NCBI GenBank assembly: GCA_016180725.1
Contig: JACPAR010000015.1
Coordinates: 1 to 53,719 of the forward strand
DNA length: 53,719 nt
Reading direction: 5' to 3'
Source of the DNA: Candidatus Levyibacteriota bacterium
Lineage (GTDB): Bacteria; Patescibacteriota; Microgenomatia; Levybacterales; UBA12049
Shown piece after piece: positions 49,467 through 53,719 of this stretch (position 1 is the first letter of the stretch; every line of letters starts with the position of its first letter). The position numbers and the translations under genes are program-made. The notes under the pieces were generated by a model, which worked only from the letters and a program-made list of their open reading frames with translations, was not told where the DNA came from and searched no databases.

Positions 49467-49946
49467 TTATTCTACTTCTTCCCAATTATCGGTTGTTGCT
49501 CTTTCTAGGAATTGCGTAAATATTTTACCCGTATCCGGATAATAACGATACCATCTGAAAGTTGTTCTATGATCCGCAAGAGTTTCAAAAACTTGAATTA
49601 AATAATAAGGGTTATCTTTCGTTAGTTCCGCAGCAACTACGACATTAAACGTTGAACGGCCGTTCTCCTCAACTGCCTTTTTAAACTCTTGAACTTCGGA
49701 AAGCTTTGAAACAAACTCGACCCCTCTTTGACCTTTATTCACTTTAGGCTGTATCTTGTAAAAAACTAACCACCCACAAAAAATAATAAGAATTATAAAA
49801 CCAGTAATTATTAATAATTTATTTGGTTGTTGAACTTTATTTTTTGTATTTTTCTCCTTTAGCTGCAGCTGTTGCCAAAGAAACAACGCTACTATATCAC
49901 CGACAAGTAAAAACAAAACCGCTTTTTTGACAATATTTGGCAACAT
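49467..49946 (-). CDS. Hypothetical membrane protein
   Basis: Two TMs and a small extracellular domain. Confidence 0.65.
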   Translation of the reverse strand: MLPNIVKKAVLFLLVGDIVALFLWQQLQLKEKNTKNKVQQPNKLLIITGFIILIIFCGWLVFYKIQPKVNKGQRGVEFVSKLSEVQEFKKAVEENGRSTFNVVVAAELTKDNPYYLIQVFETLADHRTTFRWYRYYPDTGKIFTQFLERATTDNWEEVE

Positions 49947-49985
49947 ATGGAAATATTAGGTAATATTTGGTAATATTAAAGCACA

Positions 49986-50972
49986 ATGCTTATTCCGCCA
50001 AAGTATTTCTTAACACCAAAAATTTCCCAGCTTCTCGCATCAATAGAAGCAAGTAAGGAAGTGATTGATGCTATTTCTATTCCGGCAGAAGTAGAAACAA
50101 ATATTCGCCGTAGTTCAACGCTTAAAAGCTCGCTTTTTTCTGCAAGAATCGAAGGTAATACCCTTACCCTTGACGAACTTTCTAGTAGACCCTCCAAAGA
50201 TCAAAAAAAGGCAGAGGTGTTTAATATTTTAAAAGCCCTCAATACTATTTTCCAAAAGAGAAACAAAGATATTACTTTAAAAGATATTTTAAATCTACAT
50301 AAAATAGTAATGGAAGGATTAACGCATAAAACACAGCAGGGGAAAATAAGAAACGAAGTGAGCGCAATTTTTAACAGCGCCGGAATTGCTGTTTATATGC
50401 CTCCGCCTCCACGCTCGATCCCCTCTTTTTTAGAAAAGCTTATTAAATTTGCCAATAGTCAAAAAGAACAATTTGTGCCGATTCGTGCCTGTCTTACACA
50501 TTACACTTTTGAAAAAATTCACCCGTTTTTAGACGGCAATGGCCGGGTTGGAAGACTTCTTCTTCAGACAATAATGTATAAAGGCGGGTATGGCATGAAA
50601 GGACTTTTAACAATTGAGGAATATTTAGATAATAATCGCAGTGATTACTACCGGGCGCTCGAAGAAACAGAGCGGGATGCAAGCCCGTATCTTGAGTTAA
50701 TGCTTGAGGCAATAGCCGAAACTTCAGAAAAAGCAAAGCAACTTGTGCTTGAGAAAAAGCAATTACAAGCAAAAGATTATTTGCTGCCGCGCAGAGCCGA
50801 AATTCTGGACATTATTAAGGATCACAGGCTTGTGAATTTTGATCAAATAAGGCGAAGATTTATGGCTGTAAACGAAAGAACACTGCGCTTTGATCTTAAA
50901 AAACTTACAGACGCGGGGTTAATAAGAAAACTTGGCAATACCAAAGGCGTCTACTATGAATATCTCGACTAA
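49986..50972 (+). CDS. Fic-domain protein with C-terminal wHTH
   Basis: SARIEGN, HPFLDGNGRVGR, C-terminal RTLRFDLKKL. Confidence 0.92.
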   Translation: MLIPPKYFLTPKISQLLASIEASKEVIDAISIPAEVETNIRRSSTLKSSLFSARIEGNTLTLDELSSRPSKDQKKAEVFNILKALNTIFQKRNKDITLKDILNLHKIVMEGLTHKTQQGKIRNEVSAIFNSAGIAVYMPPPPRSIPSFLEKLIKFANSQKEQFVPIRACLTHYTFEKIHPFLDGNGRVGRLLLQTIMYKGGYGMKGLLTIEEYLDNNRSDYYRALEETERDASPYLELMLEAIAETSEKAKQLVLEKKQLQAKDYLLPRRAEILDIIKDHRLVNFDQIRRRFMAVNERTLRFDLKKLTDAGLIRKLGNTKGVYYEYLD

Positions 50973-51111
50973 ACCTTAGCCACAAATCGCAGATAAATTA
51001 TGAAAGTAAAGGTAGCGAGGCTGTTGCACCCGAAAGGTGAAAATATTACTACTAATTTAACTCTTGCATAAGCGTAAAACTTCTTTGCCTAATCCTGTAT
51101 AATATTTTGAT

Positions 51112-52314
51112 ATGAATAAAAGGCTTATTTTTATCTTAGTCACGATGTTTCTAAATTTTTTGGGTTTTAGCATTGTTATTCCTATTCTCCCCTTTCTGGT
51201 CCAACACTACGCCCCGGATCAAAACACAATCGCTCTGCATGTTGGACTTTTGATATCTGTTTATGCTTTGTGTCAATTTATAGCAGCGCCCGGACTTGGC
51301 GCGTTAAGCGATCTTTACGGAAGAAGGCCGATTTTACTGATAAGTCTTTTTGGTTCGGTTATCGGATATGTTCTTTTAGGCGTAGGCGGTTCGCTCTGGA
51401 TATTGTTTTTGGGCAGAATTATTGATGGCCTAACAGGGGGAAACACTAGCACGGTTTATGCTTACATGGCAGATATTACAAAACCGAAGGAGAGAGGAAA
51501 ATATTATGGCATGCTTGGCGCAGCCGGCGGATTTGGATTTATGTTTGGACCGGCAATTGGAGGATTTACTGCTCATATTTTTTTAACTCTACCTCTTTTT
51601 TTAGCAGCCGGTGTAACCTTAGTAAACATGGTTTGGGGATATTTTGTTTTACCCGAAAGTTTGCCAAAAGAGCACAAAAGTATAAAACTTGATTTTAATC
51701 ACCTTAACCCATTCCAACAGTTTTCTCATATATTTGAAATTATTGCTTTAAAAAGACTATTTTCTATGGCGTTTCTTTTTTTCTTGGCATTTAATGCAAT
51801 GTACGGCAATGCTTCCGTATATTTAAAAGATGTTTTTAGCTGGAGTGCTGCACAAATCGGCATACTTCTTTTTGTTGTTGGTCTTATGGATATTTTTTCT
51901 CAAGGGTATTTACTAAGAAAACTTTTATCAAAATTTGGAGAAATGAACGTGATTATAATTGGAACAATCTTAAGCTTTATTGGACTATTTATCGCAGCCT
52001 CTACTTCGTTTTTTGTCTCAACTTATTTAATTTATTTAGGAGTAATTATTTTAATTATTGGCTATGGTTTATTTGAACCATCCACAAGTGGAATGATTTC
52101 AAATGCGGTTGGGCCTAAAATGCAAGGAAGGGTACAGGGAGCAAATCAGGGTATGCAGTCAATTGCCAGAGTTTTTGGCCCGCTTTTGTCTGCTTTTGCG
52201 TATCAATATTGGCGCGGTCTCCCCTACTCTCTAGAAGCATTACTCGTAGTTGGATCTTTTATAGTATTTACCTCTTCTTTAGCTCTGATCAAATCCCACA
52301 AAATTCAGAGTTAA
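51112..52314 (+). CDS. MFS transporter, TetA/DHA1-like
   Basis: GALSDLYGRRP motif A, GRIIDGLTGG, GPAIGG; about 12 TMs. Confidence 0.9.
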   Translation: MNKRLIFILVTMFLNFLGFSIVIPILPFLVQHYAPDQNTIALHVGLLISVYALCQFIAAPGLGALSDLYGRRPILLISLFGSVIGYVLLGVGGSLWILFLGRIIDGLTGGNTSTVYAYMADITKPKERGKYYGMLGAAGGFGFMFGPAIGGFTAHIFLTLPLFLAAGVTLVNMVWGYFVLPESLPKEHKSIKLDFNHLNPFQQFSHIFEIIALKRLFSMAFLFFLAFNAMYGNASVYLKDVFSWSAAQIGILLFVVGLMDIFSQGYLLRKLLSKFGEMNVIIIGTILSFIGLFIAASTSFFVSTYLIYLGVIILIIGYGLFEPSTSGMISNAVGPKMQGRVQGANQGMQSIARVFGPLLSAFAYQYWRGLPYSLEALLVVGSFIVFTSSLALIKSHKIQS

Positions 52315-52754
52315 AATCTGCAAAATATCTTAAATTTTTGGCTTGCCTGGCGGATTAAACTGTGCTAATTTTTACATACTTCTTGCGCATTTATTAAACA
52401 ATTCTTGTTGCTGTCTTACGCTCAAATACTATACTTAATAATATGAATAAATTCGGTCATTTAAACAAGTCTTGTGACGATAAAGATAAATAAGACTCCT
52501 TAACTTAAAACCCCAAGCTTTTCTTTGACTAAAATAAGCTTAATTCTTCCGGGCTGAAATTCTTTGTTAATGATTAAAATTTTATTAGAGGCTCAACCCC
52601 AGGGCTCGCCGCAGGAAAAAGAATTACAACTTCTCCAATAATTATTGTTTTATTCACATCCTCACCTCCTTTTCGAAGATTCCTGTTATCTTATTATAAC
52701 ATCTCTAATGCTCAAATAGCCTTTGTGAATTTTAACCGCTCGTAAGTTTTACAC

Positions 52755-53450
52755 CTAAAAGTTAGTGTTCGAAGAATTCTCATAGTGAATTTCTGGAATT
52801 AAATCAGACGTTGCTATGTAGATAAAAAAACCTGCAGTTAATGCAAGAAATATAGGAATATATCCTTCCAAAACATTACCAAGCAGGTATGTTGTTATTG
52901 CGCCAATAAATGCAACAGCAGCACTCAGAATATTTACAATTATTATCTTTTTTCTAGCTAATCCTTTGTGAAGCATTAACCCAAAATCACCTATCTCTTG
53001 GGGTATTTCATGCGCCGCAACCGCTATAGTTGTCACTATCCCCAACGGTATATTAACCATAAACGTTGCTGCAATAACAATGCCATCAATAAAATTATGA
53101 ACCGTATCTCCAATAATAATTAAAGGAAGTGTAGATTTTGATTCTCTTTCATGCTCCTGATATTCCTCGTGGTGATGAAACCAATGAATAAAACGTTCTA
53201 TAAGAAAAAACAGCACAATACCTAAAAGCGTCCAGAAAAAAATATTTATCTCGGTTTTTTCGGCCTCATGAGCTGCCTCCGGCAATAAGTCAAAAAATGC
53301 AGTACCAAGCAAAACTCCAGCTGCAAACGAAGCAAGAAAATGAGAAATCTTTAACGCAAGTTTTTCATGAGATAATAGAATAAAACCTCCGATAAGAGAG
53401 GCTACACTCCCTAAAAATGTAAATAATAAAATATACGCTAGAGTTGACAT
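52755..53450 (-). CDS. ZIP-family metal transporter, C-terminal TM apparently missing
   Basis: HNFIDG, HEIPQEIGDF, His-rich loop; ends just after LIPEIH. Confidence 0.85.
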   Translation of the reverse strand: MSTLAYILLFTFLGSVASLIGGFILLSHEKLALKISHFLASFAAGVLLGTAFFDLLPEAAHEAEKTEINIFFWTLLGIVLFFLIERFIHWFHHHEEYQEHERESKSTLPLIIIGDTVHNFIDGIVIAATFMVNIPLGIVTTIAVAAHEIPQEIGDFGLMLHKGLARKKIIIVNILSAAVAFIGAITTYLLGNVLEGYIPIFLALTAGFFIYIATSDLIPEIHYENSSNTNF

Positions 53451-53719
53451 AGATTGCAAATTCCAAAAAACTCAAGCGAATGACTTTTTACTTTGAACTT
53501 CTTTTTCTTTTCAATATCTTTTTCAAGCGCTTCAATATTGCAGTCTGAAATATCTTCAATGTTGCCACATTTTTCACATACTAAATGATGATGGTCTGCT
53601 TTTGCACTGTGCTCGTATCTAAGTTTTCCTTCGTTTAATTGAACCGATTTAACAATTCCCTTTTCAAAAAGAGCATTAATAATCCTAAAAACAGTAACTT
53701 TATCTACTTTAATTTTGTT
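53438..53719 (-). CDS. Fur/Zur-family transcriptional regulator (5' partial)
   Basis: TVFRIINAL, HHHLVCEKCG, LEFFGICNLC*; coupled to the ZIP gene. Confidence 0.9.
   Translation of the reverse strand, partial: NKIKVDKVTVFRIINALFEKGIVKSVQLNEGKLRYEHSAKADHHHLVCEKCGNIEDISDCNIEALEKDIEKKKKFKVKSHSLEFFGICNLCQL

Noticed and set aside
1-53719. Alternative genetic code (TGA=Gly) or stop read-through
   Set aside because: TGA terminates intact genes (e.g. hisS, 1309-1746) and long ORFs are complete under code 11; the internal stops seen are TAA/TAG

Overview
Bacterial genomic window, AT-rich, standard code 11 (TGA is used as a stop). Gene style and content suggest a CPR/Patescibacteria genome, probably Microgenomates-like; this is inference and not verified. 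Housekeeping genes present: dnaB, hisS, rpmE-prfA, htrA-ctpA, rpsF-ssb-rpsR, ychF, a pepP-like peptidase and several transporters. Most notable features: (1) a back-to-back riboswitch hub at ~12.9-13.5 kb. A SAM-I-clan riboswitch heads a five-gene methionine operon (PLP Cys/Met enzyme, C39-like protein, mycobacterial-type MTHFR, split MetE). On the other strand a T-box with an apparent ultrashort stem I and a CAC (His) specifier precedes a CntK/DapF-like racemase gene and hisS. (2) A 13x ACAGCTC tract that puts a large surface-protein gene out of frame with its start codon (phase variation candidate). (3) Many short palindromic elements inserted in frame inside protein genes and inside both riboswitches. 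(4) A trehalose-6-phosphate synthase fused to a membrane sensor-like module. (5) A Bro-N/KilA-N/SWIM/Dda-helicase accessory segment and a cluster of Cys-rich secreted proteins. All calls come from motif reading by eye; no searches or folding programs were run. No tRNA, rRNA or CRISPR array was seen.
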